Below are positions 1 through 12,599 of a DNA stretch of 64,000 nucleotides, piece after piece. Under the pieces are notes generated by a model. It ran no database searches. It was given only the letters and a program-made list of their open reading frames with translations, and was not told the DNA's origin. The stretch is from Psammoneis japonica (lineage: Eukaryota). The position numbers and the translations under genes were made by a program. The stretch lies in assembly GCA_008632985.1 (NCBI GenBank), contig QPGO01000240.1, positions 1-64,000 on the forward strand. The letters are read 5' to 3'. The first letter of the stretch is position 1. Every line of letters starts with the position of its first letter.

Positions 1-3000
1 TTGGTCGCAGCATACCCATCTCCTGCAACATCGATGTCCAGAATCAAGGACTTAGAAACGAAGCAAAATCGATTTCCTGTTACGTTCCTCAGTGACTTAC
101 CATTTGGACGTCCAAAAAGAATATTGGAGTCTCGGAGCAATGGGCGAAACGTAGATTTTGAGACTACGGCGGGAAAGACAGTATCTGGGTACGATCTTGT
201 TTCGGTTTCGCTGCAGAACTTCGTGAGTCTCAATTCTTGTTCCCACAATTTTCGAGAGGTAACCAAAGCCATTCAAGCGGTGGAAAAGCAAAAGTCAAAG
301 GTGTGGGGCGGATTGCACTCGCTTGGCCATACTATTGTACATGGCGAGCTGGACCACATCTCGCAATTAGGCGACAATGCATATGCTATTACCCTTGGTG
401 TTGATATCATACCAGACATCAGTTCTATTCGCTTTTCGAATAATCATGTTTTGCTGCTTGAGGTCTTGGAGATCTTTCGGTGGCGTGTCTACCGCGATTT
501 CGACGTAATTCCGCCTAATTTTCCTCGAGGGTCATTGCTTCTCACAAAGACTCACAGTCTCGATGACGGACACATGGATGCTGTGTATCGTGCAAGATGC
601 ATATCCTGTATACTTCAAGCTGGTTTGAATTCTGTTGGACCCGAGAGCGATCTTGCTCTGCGCGATGCAGTTGGTCTCGTGGACAGAGCATTCGCCATTG
701 AGCACCTCCTTCGAATCAAAAGCCGGTCTATTGATGCTTACTATCGTTTTGTAGATCGTGGCATTTCTGAGGAAATCTGGATGCATGTGCTTACTGATGG
801 TGGGTATAAGAGCCCCGAAGAATACTCAATTTATATGCCAAACACGCTCTTTCAGCGAGTTTCAAATAGCACTGTCATCCTCCAGGCTCTCTTCCGGGGA
901 GCACTGGGGAGACAAGCAGCGAAGGTTTTACATCAAGAGAAGGTGGTACCGAAAATTCAAGCCATTTGCCGCTTATTTTTGGCGAGGAGACGTCACGGTG
1001 AAGCGGTAGATAATGTGATTGCTCGACTTTTTCTTATGGCGCAGAGGATTCAATCACGTTGTCGTGGATTTCTGGTGCGATCAAGGTACGGAACGGTAAT
1101 AGACTCTCTTCCCTTCATAAAGGAATGGCACGGATGTTTCACAGATAATGTGACCCCTTTTTCATGGGAAAGGTTGAAGGCTGAGGAAATTGGGACAGCT
1201 CAGGCTTTTGAAGACCTTGACAACGAGTGTGATGAGACATCTCGCTTAATATCCGAGGCGTTTGAGGTAGCGATGCAACCCAGCGAAGGGCTCAATGAAG
1301 ACAGTCAAAATGGAAACGCTTCATCCAATGCCTCAACTTCAAGAGAAGTAAACTTCCCGCGACGTCCGCCATTGATAACCAGAAATACGCAAGTAGACCC
1401 TCGAGTAGAAATCCATAGCATCAAGTTGACACACAGTGCGGTGAAATGGTTCAAAGGCGCCAACCCAAAATATCAAGACATGTTTTGCAGGCGAATCAGT
1501 CAGCTTGCATCCAACGAGAGGTCTCGCATCTTGAAGAAGCACCTGACCGGCTGCAGACATGCAATTTGGGAAACGTATTTGGATCAAGCTACAGCGCAAC
1601 GTTTGCTTTGGACTGAATGTAGGGACAGCTCTGGAAGAACAAGTATTTTGGTTTGGTACGTTGCCAAGCACAAGTGGGTAAGCAGATACATTAGCCTCAT
1701 TGATAAGGCCGAGACCAGATTGGACAACCAGAGCTTCCGTGAATCTGGCCTGCTCGGCAAGGACGGTTCCATGCCTTTAGAGAGCGACACAGTGCTCATT
1801 GACCCGCTTGGCAATACGCCACTATGGATTCATGAGGTGCCATTAAACAAGGTATATAATATGGCGACCGAGGACTGGACACCGCCCCTCCGTCTGACGG
1901 ATACGGAGAGAAAAGTTGTCCAGGCTGCAGGAACTGTGCTTCTTTTGGGGAGAAGTGGTACCGGGAAAACTGTATGCATTTGCAATCGCATCGCATATGA
2001 TCTAGAAAACCGAGGTAAAGATGATCATTTTCGTCAGCTGTTCATTTCCCGGTCCACGCGACTTTGCAAGATGGTTGAAACGCTCGTTGAAAATTCAATT
2101 GATAAGAAGGTAAACGAACGAAATACGAGCTTCTTTGTATTTGGAGCAATGATTGAGCATTTGAATGAGACTCTTGACGATATTGGACACGGCACCACCA
2201 TCAGGCCGGGGGCCTCAAGGTTTGATTTTCGACATTTCAAACAATTTATCGAAGGCAGCCCTCAAATGCAGATTGAAGCACTTGTGATCTGGACGCAAAT
2301 CCGATCGTACATCAAGGGGTCGATCGAAGCTCTCGTGAAAGGGTCATGGCTAAGTCGAGCTGAGTACCTCAAACTGGGTAAGAATCGATGCAGACTGAGC
2401 CCGAGTCAGAGGAATTTTTGCTTCGATACATTCGAAAGGTACAAGGAGTTGCTCAAGACTCGTAACGGCTACGATGACTGTGATGTCATTTCAGATGTCC
2501 TTCAAAGGCTGAGTCGGGTCAGCTTGGAGAATCGTCTTGAAAACGGACTGATCTTTGACAATCTTTATGTTGACGAGGTGCAAGATTTTACGCAGGCGGA
2601 GATTGCTCTATTCTGGAAGCTCTGTGAGGGACGCTCGCTGTTCCTGGCGGGTGATACGGCCCAGTCAGTCGTACAAGGAGTATCTTTTCGGTTCGATGAA
2701 GTTCGCTCTGTTGCCTCTGCTCTTTGTGGTGATCGACGTGACAGAATTCCCAGCAGACCGTTCGTATTGAACATCAACTTCCGGTCACACTCGGGAATAC
2801 TCGACATTGCCGCTCTCACTTTGCAACTCATGTATGACATGTTTCCTGGGTCGACAAACAAGGCGGATCCAGAAAAGGGATTGTTTTGCGGTCCACGCCC
2901 CTCTTTCATTGCACCGAGTGACTTTGACGAAAAGGGGCTACAGCAAGTGTTGGAGATGAATCCGGGTACGGTTGTATTGACTCAGTCCTCAGAGATACGA

Positions 3001-3761
3001 AGCGTCAGAGAAATCGCTGGATCCAGCAATGTACCAGTGTTGTCGATCGTTGACGCGAAAGGGCTGGACTTTGAGGATACTCTCATTGTCAATTTCTTTT
3101 GCGGACTGTCGAAGAAGAGTCAGAAGGCCTGGGTCAAAATGCTTCGAACTGCTGATGGGCCGAAGTCGAAAGCAGCAGATGAGAACACGAGTCCCGAGCT
3201 TGAGATGCAACTTAAGCTACTATACACGGCGATCACGAGGTGTCGAAACCGACTTTTCTTTCTTGAGACCCGTCCAAGCAGTGTCGGAGATAAGTTCTTT
3301 CGGATGCTTTTGTCAAAGTCACTCGTTGACAAACAGAAGATTCGAGACTTACACAGTGGCTTAAGTCGCCAGCCGAATGGTTGGCGCAAGCAATAGAATT
3401 TGCCATGAATGCAGAGTCGTCGGCGGATGAATCTAGGGATGTGGCACAAACATTCTCTGCGCAAGCACAAAAGTGCTTTGTGCTGGCCGGGAAGAGCGAC
3501 TTGGCCGAGAAAGCGTCAAGGCAATGGATGGGACTAGAGCTCATGAATTCAATACGGGATATTGATGATGGAGAAACGGCAGAAGAGACATTGGATGAAT
3601 TGATGGCGAGAGTTCCATGCACAGCTGCCTGTGTACTTAAGGAAGGCTTTGTGGAATTGGCGGAGAAGCTATGTCTTGCCTATGCCGACGCATCAAAATC
3701 AAAGAGAACACAGGGGGTTGTTAAGCACTATCTTTTGAGAAAGATTCATGCATTGTGTTGA
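1..3761 (+). CDS. TRANK1-like SF1 (UvrD-type) helicase with IQ motifs and a RelE-like domain; 5'-partial, with an apparent -1 frameshift near 3330-3363
   Basis: ORF 1..3396 has two IQ-like motifs (KIQAICRLFLARRR, RIQSRCRGFLVRSRY), Walker A GRSGTGKT (1948-1971), Walker B YVDEVQD, and the motifs LAGDTAQSV, NFRSHSGI, AKGLDFED and LYTAITRCR. The -1 frame continues KSPAEWLAQA into ORF 3381..3761, resembling the TRANK1 S-P-x-E-W segment. Confidence 0.8.
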
Positions 3762-3949
3762 AGCCGATAATTCAAAAACAACCAATAGAGCGAAAGCTGC
3801 ACGCAATCCTCTTACTACGGTGTATTTTGAATCGGAAGAGACTCTATTTTCTTGCCAAGCGTAGTAAAGGAGCAGTTATTCCGATTATAGAGAATCATGT
3901 TTTCACGAAGTTCAGACAGCCAGTGCAGCCAGAGTATGCTTTTAGACTA

Positions 3950-4320
3950 CTTGTGCCCCTTCCTCAACACCAACAGCCCCACCCACGCCCCATTCGCCAC
4001 AACGCCACTGCTGGACCCCTCGCCGATGACCCTCCCCACAATGCCCCACCGATCATGTTGCCCCCTCCCCCCCCCCACAACCATTGATCGACATCGCTCA
4101 CCAAAAACCCAATGCCCACTCAATTTCCCGCCCAACGCATGATGCGCAATCCCTGTCGCCCACTCCTCACCCGACATCCAACGCATCACCTTCAGCGATA
4201 CGCAGCCACCGCCACCACACCACTGCTCCGCAAATGACCGAGACATCGGTGGAAGCTGTGAGCCTTTGGCGAGCAAATCAAACTTCGGTGCAAGCTTCAG
4301 GGTTTGAAAAGCGCGGGGAT
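3950..4320. repeat. C-rich, TpA-depleted low-complexity segment; probable degenerate interspersed repeat
   Basis: Strong C skew on the + strand with poly-C runs. I see only one internal TpA (about 4199) in about 370 bp. No credible ORF. Confidence 0.4.
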
Positions 4321-4523
4321 AGCTCTAGTAGAGTGCACCTATCCGGATGCAATCGAACGACGTCGCGTCCCCTTCACGTCGTCGATTCTAAGGATCGGCA
4401 AAGAGGGGGAAACCACAGCTATTATATAGAAGTAATTGTGTTGAAGCAACTATAAAAACTAACAAACCCTTTTCTCTCTCTCGAAGAGACTACCGTAACA
4501 CTGCAATGGAGCCAAATCGCTTC

Positions 4524-6627
4524 TTAAACCATGGTCGCTTCTGAAATTCGACTCAATCGGTGAAAAATAAGAGGAAACGATTGGCTCAAGCTTTGAGGGT
4601 GTTGAGCAAAGCAAATATACACAGCCTTGATGCTGGCTCGTAGTGGCTCCATGACGGTAAAAAGCATTGTGTAGCAAAGCAAAAAAGTCAAGAGCATGCT
4701 TTCCACAATGGCCTTGTCCGACATGTTGTTGCTGTGATGCGAGAGTAGCGATCCAACCAAGAGGACAAGCAGGCCCGAAACGGATCCACAGACACAGGCA
4801 CACATGTGTGTAGTGATATCGTCGTGAACAATTGGTTCCACACCTAGAAACATGTAGAAGCGAGGAATCGTGCGTATCAGATTACATTCATCGAATATCC
4901 GTCAATACGGCACCTCTTACATTAACCTTACCTGACGTTTCCACCAGCACAAAGACATCATTAGCAGCCCGTCGGTAATGCTTAAAGTAGGCCGCCACAT
5001 GGCTCATTGCCAGGTCGGTACGGTTCCGGACAAACGACCGGGCCGACGTATTCACTTTTGACAGAATCTTGCTAAACAACGAATTGCTATGCAAAGCGGT
5101 GCTACCAATCTGCATCCCCTGAAATCGTCCTTGGTTCGAAAAGGCAGCGTCCACATTCCTTATGATGCTCCAGACAAACTGAGCAAGACCGCCCACCAAG
5201 CCACACTGCGCCACGGACCCAAACGAAACCGTCATGGATGAAAATAAAAAGGCCTTGACATTGGAACCACCCATTCCTTGTTGCTGTCGCGGCTGCGGTT
5301 GTCTACTACTTGGAGATCCAAGAAACGTGCCCTCGACTTCTTCTTCGTCATCAAAATCGTCATCGATCCCCTCGTCCATGTCGAGAACCGACATGTAGGC
5401 CGACGCATCAGCCGCCCGATAGGCTTCTGGCATGTTTTGAACGGCATCCGAAGTCTCGTCCTCGTCGTTGTCATCCAAATCTCCTTGAGCTTGTTGCATC
5501 TGTTCCATCTCTTCCATCATTATGGATTGTTCTGCAAACCAACTGGTTATACCACCGGATGCCACCAACCCCAAAATACGAGTGACGGTTCCCGTGGCCC
5601 ACTTGCCTCCAAGCAGCGCCAAAGCAAGAAAGAAGAATCCCTTGAATCCCCATTCAAGCGCCAGTGCCTTGAGCAACACGAGTCGCCACAACCATACCAC
5701 AACAAACTGCAATGCCAACAGAGCACACGTGGCACGATAAAAGCTACACCTTCGTAGCGATCGCGACAAAATGTCAAGAGACATGGTGGCAAGTGCTTGA
5801 AAAAAGGTTTGTCGGCCTTGATCGTACCACACGGCATCCCGCGATCCCGATGCGGGCTGTCCTCCACGACGCCAATGCCGTAACGCCCAAACGTCACGCA
5901 GCAAAAAAAAGAGCGGAATAACAGCAAATCCAATGGCGTGGGGTGTTTGCAAGTAAATGGCCACAATCAACAGAGGATTCATGGCGACCGAAATGGGTGC
6001 ACAAATCAACATGGCCTGTGTCACAAAGTGACGTGCATCGTCTCCATCACCTCCACCCATGGTGCGATACAAGAGTCGATTTAGAATTTGGGAAACAACA
6101 AGGGCACAAATGATACAATACATTGTTGCGTGTCGAGAAGGAGGTGCCGTGGCAACTTGGTACCAATCCGAAGTAGTAGTACTACCGCTGTCCGAGTGTC
6201 GTCGTGGGTAGAGTGCCGGTGTCAGAGAAACGGGAATGAGGAGTAAAAACGCCATGGCCCACGCAATATCACGGGGTCGGCGAGGCATTTTTGGACGATA
6301 AGTTGGCTGGTGGTTGGAAATCGACGTGTGTCGTTCGTGATCCTTGTGTGTCAAACGGTTCAGCTTGAGCGGAGGACGATCGTCGCGGCGAATCGATTGG
6401 GAGCTTGGCATAAGATCTGTAGTATGGGTATCTTGAAGACTGGGTACGTTTAATAACTCGGAAGAACTGGCACTAACCATCGTCTTTTTGGGTTCTGGAG
6501 TCTCAGCAATCGCATGAGCTTCACCCAAGTCGAGTGTAGCATCGGCAAAAAAGCACGGAGCCGAGTCAATCATTGGCGAGCTGCCAGTTGAATGGGGCGA
6601 GCCGGTTCGATCCTCCGCTTCCATCAT
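4524..6627 (-). CDS. Choline transporter-like (CTL/SLC44 family) multi-pass membrane protein, 2 exons
   Basis: ATG at 6627. GT-AG intron 4931..4844 joins VETSG to VEPIVHDDIT. Has an RxPRDxxW N-terminal motif, many TM segments, SFGSVA, and a C-terminal AVYICFAQHP typical of the CTL family. Confidence 0.7.
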
Positions 6628-7497
6628 GGTCTTGGCTTCAACTTGTATGACACGTAAGGTGTGCAACACAATAGAGCAACACAGCAGAAAGGCGCCCTTG
6701 TGGGATGGATGCAGCTTGGGTTCAGTCAGTTTCAGCGGGCTCTGTTGTAATAACAAGCGCAAGAGTTTCAGTTGCAGCAAGCGTCACAAGATACCGTACG
6801 ACACTACAGCCACTTAGTCTACTATACTTTTTGGCATCAGATGCGTCGAAGAAAGTTACGTAACATTTGTACTGAAACTGTCTGTCAATCAGTGCGCTTA
6901 ACATTTTTACGATCGCTGGACAGACCCTTCTTGTTTTTCTTGCGTACAAATTATACCGGGAAGACCTCAAGACGCAATGTTGAACAGACCTTCTTCGACG
7001 AATCTGGTGTCGAAGACGCCCCCAGCTCAGCGGCGTCGCATACACCGGAAAAAAGCTCGGATCTTGCTATTCCGTCGAACTTCCTAAAATCATTGCCAAT
7101 CTTCTGCGGATAAGTACCGGTAGCTTCTATCTCAGTATCATTATCTTCGTTCATCTGGTCGTTTGTCCACGAGGGATGGGCTTCTAGCTACTACTCTAGA
7201 GAATAGTCTCGGCACTTCAACGTATAATACCTGTGTACCGATAGGCAAGCTAACCCACATCACCTCTGCTTTCGTACGTAAGGTACATAATATCTAGTAG
7301 CCCCCCTCTACCGGTAGATACACATCCCAAAACCACCAACTATGATACTGTAACATCAGCTTGCCCCTCAAAAAGCCAGCTACCAACCAGGAGCTGTCTA
7401 GGCTAAGCGTCTTGAATTCAAGTATTATGCTTGCAAATCCAAAAAACGTAAAAAAGTATTAATTATCAAATCATTCCAACATAAAGTAGCGCCTTCA

Positions 7498-10400
7498 CTA
7501 CTTCTTTGAAGCGTCTTTTGTAGGAACTGGCGGGGGAACACCCGTCATTTGTTGTTTCAACTCTTCCGCAGCACCAGAGGTATCCTTGGACGATTGGCTC
7601 TTGCGGTGAAAAAATCGAAGTCTCGGACTGGCGGACGACTTGCTGCTACCTGTAGCGGGTGACATGGAGCCTACCTTGCGAGCGGATCGTTGCTTGATTG
7701 AGGGGTCCTTGGGTGGAGGCGCCTTGGGTGGTGGAGGGGGGGTGACCACGGGCACATTCTTGGTTGACGTTTTCGCTTCGAGTTCTAGGTCCTCAATCTT
7801 TTTCTTTTGGGCCGAGACTTGTTGCTCGAGTGTTTCAATCTTCTTTGTCTTTTCATCCTTGGTAGCGGTAAGGTTCTCGGCCTTTTCTAGACGTTCGCGG
7901 AGTCTGACATTTTCATTCTGAAGCGAGGTGTTACGCCATTGCAGCTTTTCCAAACGCTCCTTGACTTGGTCCAGCCGCTCGTCGTACTCTTCTTTTTGCT
8001 GCTCGTCAATGGATTTCGTCACGACTGGTGGTTCCTCCGCATCCGTCTGTTCGAGAGACGCAATCTTGTCGGCGAGGCGCTGGTTTTCTTCCTTGAACAG
8101 TTTCTCGTTTTCTTCCAGTTTCAGTTTGAGAGCCTTTGCTTCGCGTTCAAATTGTGTCGCCTTGGCCGAACTTTCAAAAGCCTCTTGCTGCATTTCTTCA
8201 ATTTCAGCGCGGCGTGTCACATTGGCGCGTTCCATGGTAGACTGCAGCTGATCCATTTCAGACCGCATATTATCAATCAACTGATCTTGAGATACTAGAG
8301 CTTGTTCCATAGCTTCCAGCTTGGTATCCTTCATCTGAAGCTGGGCTTGTGCCTCCTCCCCGAGATCCTTATTGTGCGCTTCGAGAGCTCTGATTTCATT
8401 TATGAGGTCTTCCTGATCAAAGGTTTCCTTAGCTCTGTACTCTGCAAGTTCTTTTCGTAAACCATCGATTGTTACATCCTTGTCCAGTTTCATAAGTGAA
8501 ATCTTGCGCTCATAGGACTCGGCAATACCCTTCTCCCATGCATCGCGATCCGATTCTGCAGCATCAAGCTTCTCCTTGAGTTCCGACAGCCGGGCTTTGT
8601 CTTCTTCCAACGTTTGGAGCTCGTCTCGCAACGTGGTTATCTCTCTTGTGAGCGACTCCTTTTCTTGAAAGACAACCTCTGGCGTGGTTCGTTCGTCGAG
8701 TGCCCGCCGGAGCTCCATTACTGCAACCTGAGCATCTTCCGCCATTAACTCTTTTTCTTCTAGTTGCATTCGCAGTTTTCCCACCGTCAATTGCAGAGTG
8801 TTCATCTTTTCTTCCATTGCCTCATCAACTTGTTTACTTTCCATCTTTTGTTCCATTTCTAATTGTCTCTCCTTCATATCCGACAATTCTTTCGACGTCT
8901 GTGACAAGTCTTGTTTCAAACTTTCAATCGTATCGTCGCGTTCCTTGATCTGGCTTTCCAAACTCTCGACAGCGCTATTTCTCAACCGCCGGATAGACTC
9001 CATTTGTTGTGCCATTTTTTCGGCCTGCGCTTCCTTGCTGGCGATAGCTTCGTCAAGTTGATTTCTTAGGCCAACAGTTTCTCGAAGACTCGTCCCTTCC
9101 TTGTGGTCACGCTGTTCTAGTGCTCGCTGCGCTTGATACAACTCAATCTGCAAGTCTTCCACCTTATCCGCAGCAGCTTGCTTTACTCGGAGCTCTTTCC
9201 TCAACTCGCGAAGCTCTTGACAATGAGTCTCATTTGCTTCTTTCACTTCGTCCAGTTCTGCTTGTAAGTCTGTAATTTGCTGTATGTCCCCGCCTCCTCC
9301 TTGCGGACTCCGCTTCAATTCAAATGTCATGGAATGGATCTGTCGTTCTTGCTCTGTTATCTTAGCCTTTAAATTCTCCATTTCTTCGTCTTGCTCAATA
9401 ATCTGGCCGGCAAAAATTTCACTCTCCTTTTGCAACCTCTCCAATTCGTCCCAACTCGGACCCGACGACTTTTCGAGCCTTTTGATGACTCGCTTCAGAG
9501 CCGAAATCTCCGCTTCGTGCGCCAAAGACTCCTTCACTAGAGTCGAAATGGCCTCATCTCGCTCCTGAAGCCGATCGCGGTATTCGGGATTATCACTGCC
9601 ATTCACGGCATTGGCGGTACGCGATTCTCGCACTTCATTCAACTCAGCCCTCAATTGGTCAATCTCACTAGAAAGTGTCTCTTCCACCCTTTTGTACTCA
9701 TCGAGAGCCTGTCTCAAATGCTTGATTTCACTCGTCCGCTCTCCTCCACTCATTCCGCTCGGACCCATGAGCTCATCGCCGCCATCGAAAGCAAGTCGGT
9801 CGCGCAAGGTCTGATTTTCCTCCTGAAGGTGCGCAACTTTTCGTTCCTGCACGACAGACGTCTTTAATAATGCAGTAATGGTTGTATCGCGGTCATTCAA
9901 CTTTTCCGACAACTCCCGTTCGACTTGTTCCTTTTCTCTTCGCAGGGCATCCAGCTCCCCATTGGAGGCTCCGCTGTCGTGTCCGTTTCCAATGGATCGT
10001 GACGTGTTGGCTTCCGAAAGCATTGCCTTTGTCTTTTCCAGAGCTGCCTCACGCTCCATCATTTTTTTCTTGAGCTTGACGACTTGCTCTGCCAGTTGTG
10101 CAATCTGGTGTGAGTTTTTTTGCGGGGATGCTTGACTCTGAAGTTCGGCGAGCTGTGCACGGAAATCAGCCTCCATGGAACTCTTTTCGTCTTCCAATAC
10201 TCCAATCTGTTCGCGCAACTGCTCTTCATTCTTTTTCTTTGCATCGTCGAGAGCAACAAGAGCAATCTGGGCCTCTCGCAATTGTTGCTTGGTACGAGTT
10301 GCATTGGACGCTTTGGATTCAGCGTCTTTGAGTGACTGTTCGATTTTAGCGAGTTGCGTATCCTTGTCGTTCAAGTCCGCCTCGGCTCGTTCGAGCTTTT

Positions 10401-12045
10401 CCTTGACCTCACTAAACTCGAGCGTGTCCTGAACGTTGCTCTGTGCCTCTTCTAGCTGTGTTTTGAGAGCAACAATCTCAGCTTGCTTCTCCAGTTCCCA
10501 ATCTTCCTTTTGCTGTTTGAAATCCTTCTCGAGAGCGGCGCGTTCCTCCTCGGCTTTCATTTCAACCTCACGAATCTTGTTTTCAAGCATACCGTCATGA
10601 TTATCATCTCCAACGGATCGTGACTGCGTTTGCTCTTGCGCTTCTTCCAGCTTGTCTTCCAATGCCATGAGGCGTTCCTCGTATTCTTCAGCCGCCTTGT
10701 CTCGTTCATCGTGCAAGTCATTGATTTCCTCCCGAAGATGATCCACTTCTTCTTCATGGGCAGCACGAAGCTCGTCCATTTCGTGTTCTAGACTGTGGTA
10801 TGCATCACGCGCCTCGGTCAATTCCAACGCCAGCTTTCGAGCTTGGCCGCCGCCACCGTCCTCATCATCATCGGAAGCACTATTGATGCCCGCTTTGAGT
10901 TCTTCAATGGTTTCTTGGAGACGCCGATTCTCTTCTTCTTGCGCATCATTTAAAATTCTCAAATCCTCCGCCTCTTCCCGTCGATACCGATCCTGATTTT
11001 CCGCACTCGCCTTGGCTTCCGACACGGCAATCTGCAGCTCCTTGGCTCGCGCCGAATACTTTCTCACGTCGCCCTGCAAATCGGTAATTAACCGCTCTTG
11101 GTCTTCCACTTGTGCTCGCAAATTTTTCGTCAATTCAATATCATCACTCTCCAACACTTCCAACTGTGATCGCAATTCTCGTTCCTTTTCGACCCAATCC
11201 GCAGAGGCCGCCGCGTGCTTGGCTCTTAAAATGAGTATTTCCTCCTCGTGTTCCTTTTGTTTGTGTTTACTAACATTCTCCGCCAAGGCCAAGGCCGACT
11301 GTGCTTCTTCCAACCGCGCCTTGGTTTCCGTATGCATCGCTTGGACTTCTTCCAATTGTTTCCAACTCTGCAACACTTCCTTTCCTTCAATACCATGCGC
11401 CGACATGCGCAGATCCGACACTTGTCGCTTGAGACTCTCGGTTTCACGGAGCAAATCCCGTTTTTCCGAAACCCAATCGTGTCCATCTTCGTACTCACCG
11501 TCTTCAATGTCGGTTTGCAATTGATACAATTGTGTCTTGAGATCGGCAATCGATTGTCGTTGAAAGGCGTTTTCGTCCTTTAATTTTGAGAGCTGCGCGT
11601 CGCGGTCGCGAATGCGATTTTCTGTGGATAAAGTTCGTGATTCGAGGGTGGCAATTTTCTTATCCTTGTGTTTGAGAGCATCTTGCAATTCCTTGTGTTG
11701 GTATTCATATTTGAGTGTCACCTTGTTGACTTGATTCATAAAATCCGCCTCCATTTCTGCCGTTTTCGCCGTCAGTGCCGCGTTGGATGCACGCAAATCC
11801 TTGATGATTTGAGCACTCGATTTGTTTGTGCCATGCGATGAATCATTGTGAATGCTACGATCCAAGGTGTCTTGCGACGGCAATCGCTGAATGCCGTACC
11901 CACCGGGAGAACGGGGACAGGGTGAACTGGGAGCCCCCAGCGACGACGAGCGGCGGTGCTGCGGAGTGGGTGTGGTGGAACGACCGACGGTTGTTCTTCC
12001 CGAAATCACCTCCATGGTTCCCTCGAGCCAACCGCGGCCGCTCAT
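7498..12045 (-). CDS. Large (1515 aa) coiled-coil protein, probably cytoskeletal or centrosomal, function unknown
   Basis: Uninterrupted ORF. E/K/Q/L-rich heptad character over about 1350 aa, with Ser/Pro-rich termini. Confidence 0.85.
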   Translation of the reverse strand: MSGRGWLEGTMEVISGRTTVGRSTTPTPQHRRSSSLGAPSSPCPRSPGGYGIQRLPSQDTLDRSIHNDSSHGTNKSSAQIIKDLRASNAALTAKTAEMEADFMNQVNKVTLKYEYQHKELQDALKHKDKKIATLESRTLSTENRIRDRDAQLSKLKDENAFQRQSIADLKTQLYQLQTDIEDGEYEDGHDWVSEKRDLLRETESLKRQVSDLRMSAHGIEGKEVLQSWKQLEEVQAMHTETKARLEEAQSALALAENVSKHKQKEHEEEILILRAKHAAASADWVEKERELRSQLEVLESDDIELTKNLRAQVEDQERLITDLQGDVRKYSARAKELQIAVSEAKASAENQDRYRREEAEDLRILNDAQEEENRRLQETIEELKAGINSASDDDEDGGGGQARKLALELTEARDAYHSLEHEMDELRAAHEEEVDHLREEINDLHDERDKAAEEYEERLMALEDKLEEAQEQTQSRSVGDDNHDGMLENKIREVEMKAEEERAALEKDFKQQKEDWELEKQAEIVALKTQLEEAQSNVQDTLEFSEVKEKLERAEADLNDKDTQLAKIEQSLKDAESKASNATRTKQQLREAQIALVALDDAKKKNEEQLREQIGVLEDEKSSMEADFRAQLAELQSQASPQKNSHQIAQLAEQVVKLKKKMMEREAALEKTKAMLSEANTSRSIGNGHDSGASNGELDALRREKEQVERELSEKLNDRDTTITALLKTSVVQERKVAHLQEENQTLRDRLAFDGGDELMGPSGMSGGERTSEIKHLRQALDEYKRVEETLSSEIDQLRAELNEVRESRTANAVNGSDNPEYRDRLQERDEAISTLVKESLAHEAEISALKRVIKRLEKSSGPSWDELERLQKESEIFAGQIIEQDEEMENLKAKITEQERQIHSMTFELKRSPQGGGGDIQQITDLQAELDEVKEANETHCQELRELRKELRVKQAAADKVEDLQIELYQAQRALEQRDHKEGTSLRETVGLRNQLDEAIASKEAQAEKMAQQMESIRRLRNSAVESLESQIKERDDTIESLKQDLSQTSKELSDMKERQLEMEQKMESKQVDEAMEEKMNTLQLTVGKLRMQLEEKELMAEDAQVAVMELRRALDERTTPEVVFQEKESLTREITTLRDELQTLEEDKARLSELKEKLDAAESDRDAWEKGIAESYERKISLMKLDKDVTIDGLRKELAEYRAKETFDQEDLINEIRALEAHNKDLGEEAQAQLQMKDTKLEAMEQALVSQDQLIDNMRSEMDQLQSTMERANVTRRAEIEEMQQEAFESSAKATQFEREAKALKLKLEENEKLFKEENQRLADKIASLEQTDAEEPPVVTKSIDEQQKEEYDERLDQVKERLEKLQWRNTSLQNENVRLRERLEKAENLTATKDEKTKKIETLEQQVSAQKKKIEDLELEAKTSTKNVPVVTPPPPPKAPPPKDPSIKQRSARKVGSMSPATGSSKSSASPRLRFFHRKSQSSKDTSGAAEELKQQMTGVPPPVPTKDASKK

Positions 12046-12599
12046 GATGATGATAGTGGTGGCGGTGGTATTGTAGCGTTATTTAGACCAACAGCTGGTG
12101 GATTGGAATGCAAATCGAACGACAGTGATCAAAGTTCTTCTGTTCCCTCTGCATCCAACGCACTTTTTTCTGTGGCGCTGTGTCGTGTGTGCGCGCGAAT
12201 GATCAGAGGCAAAGTGAACCTATTCGATCTTGAATATCTAATAATTGTAATGTCTTACGAAGCTGAAGGTTGACATATTCAATAGCCTATCGCAATGATA
12301 AGATCTCTTTAGTTCTCAATTTAGATTCTCAACGGATCAAATTTATATGAATAACCTTTGATCACATATTACAGTATAAAAATACTTTATATCTTTACAT
12401 GTGTCACACACATACGGTACCGGTAGGTACATTCACATGATAACACGCGTTCTTCCAAAGTTTCCCGCCGACACAAGTGAGACTCCGACCGAGACCTCCC
12501 TCCAAAAAGGTTGCCAGTCAAACGGAATGACATTTAAGTCAATGGCCATGGCACAATGCCATGGCATCTGTGTAAATGCCATTTTCTTTGTAAGCTTTG

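Noticed and set aside
3330..3396. Programmed -1 ribosomal frameshift in the helicase gene
   Set aside because: There is no clear slippery heptamer, and similar single-base losses occur across many unrelated genes, which favours assembly error.
7640..11583. Plus-strand Ser-rich ORFs
   Set aside because: They are antisense shadows of the coiled-coil gene.
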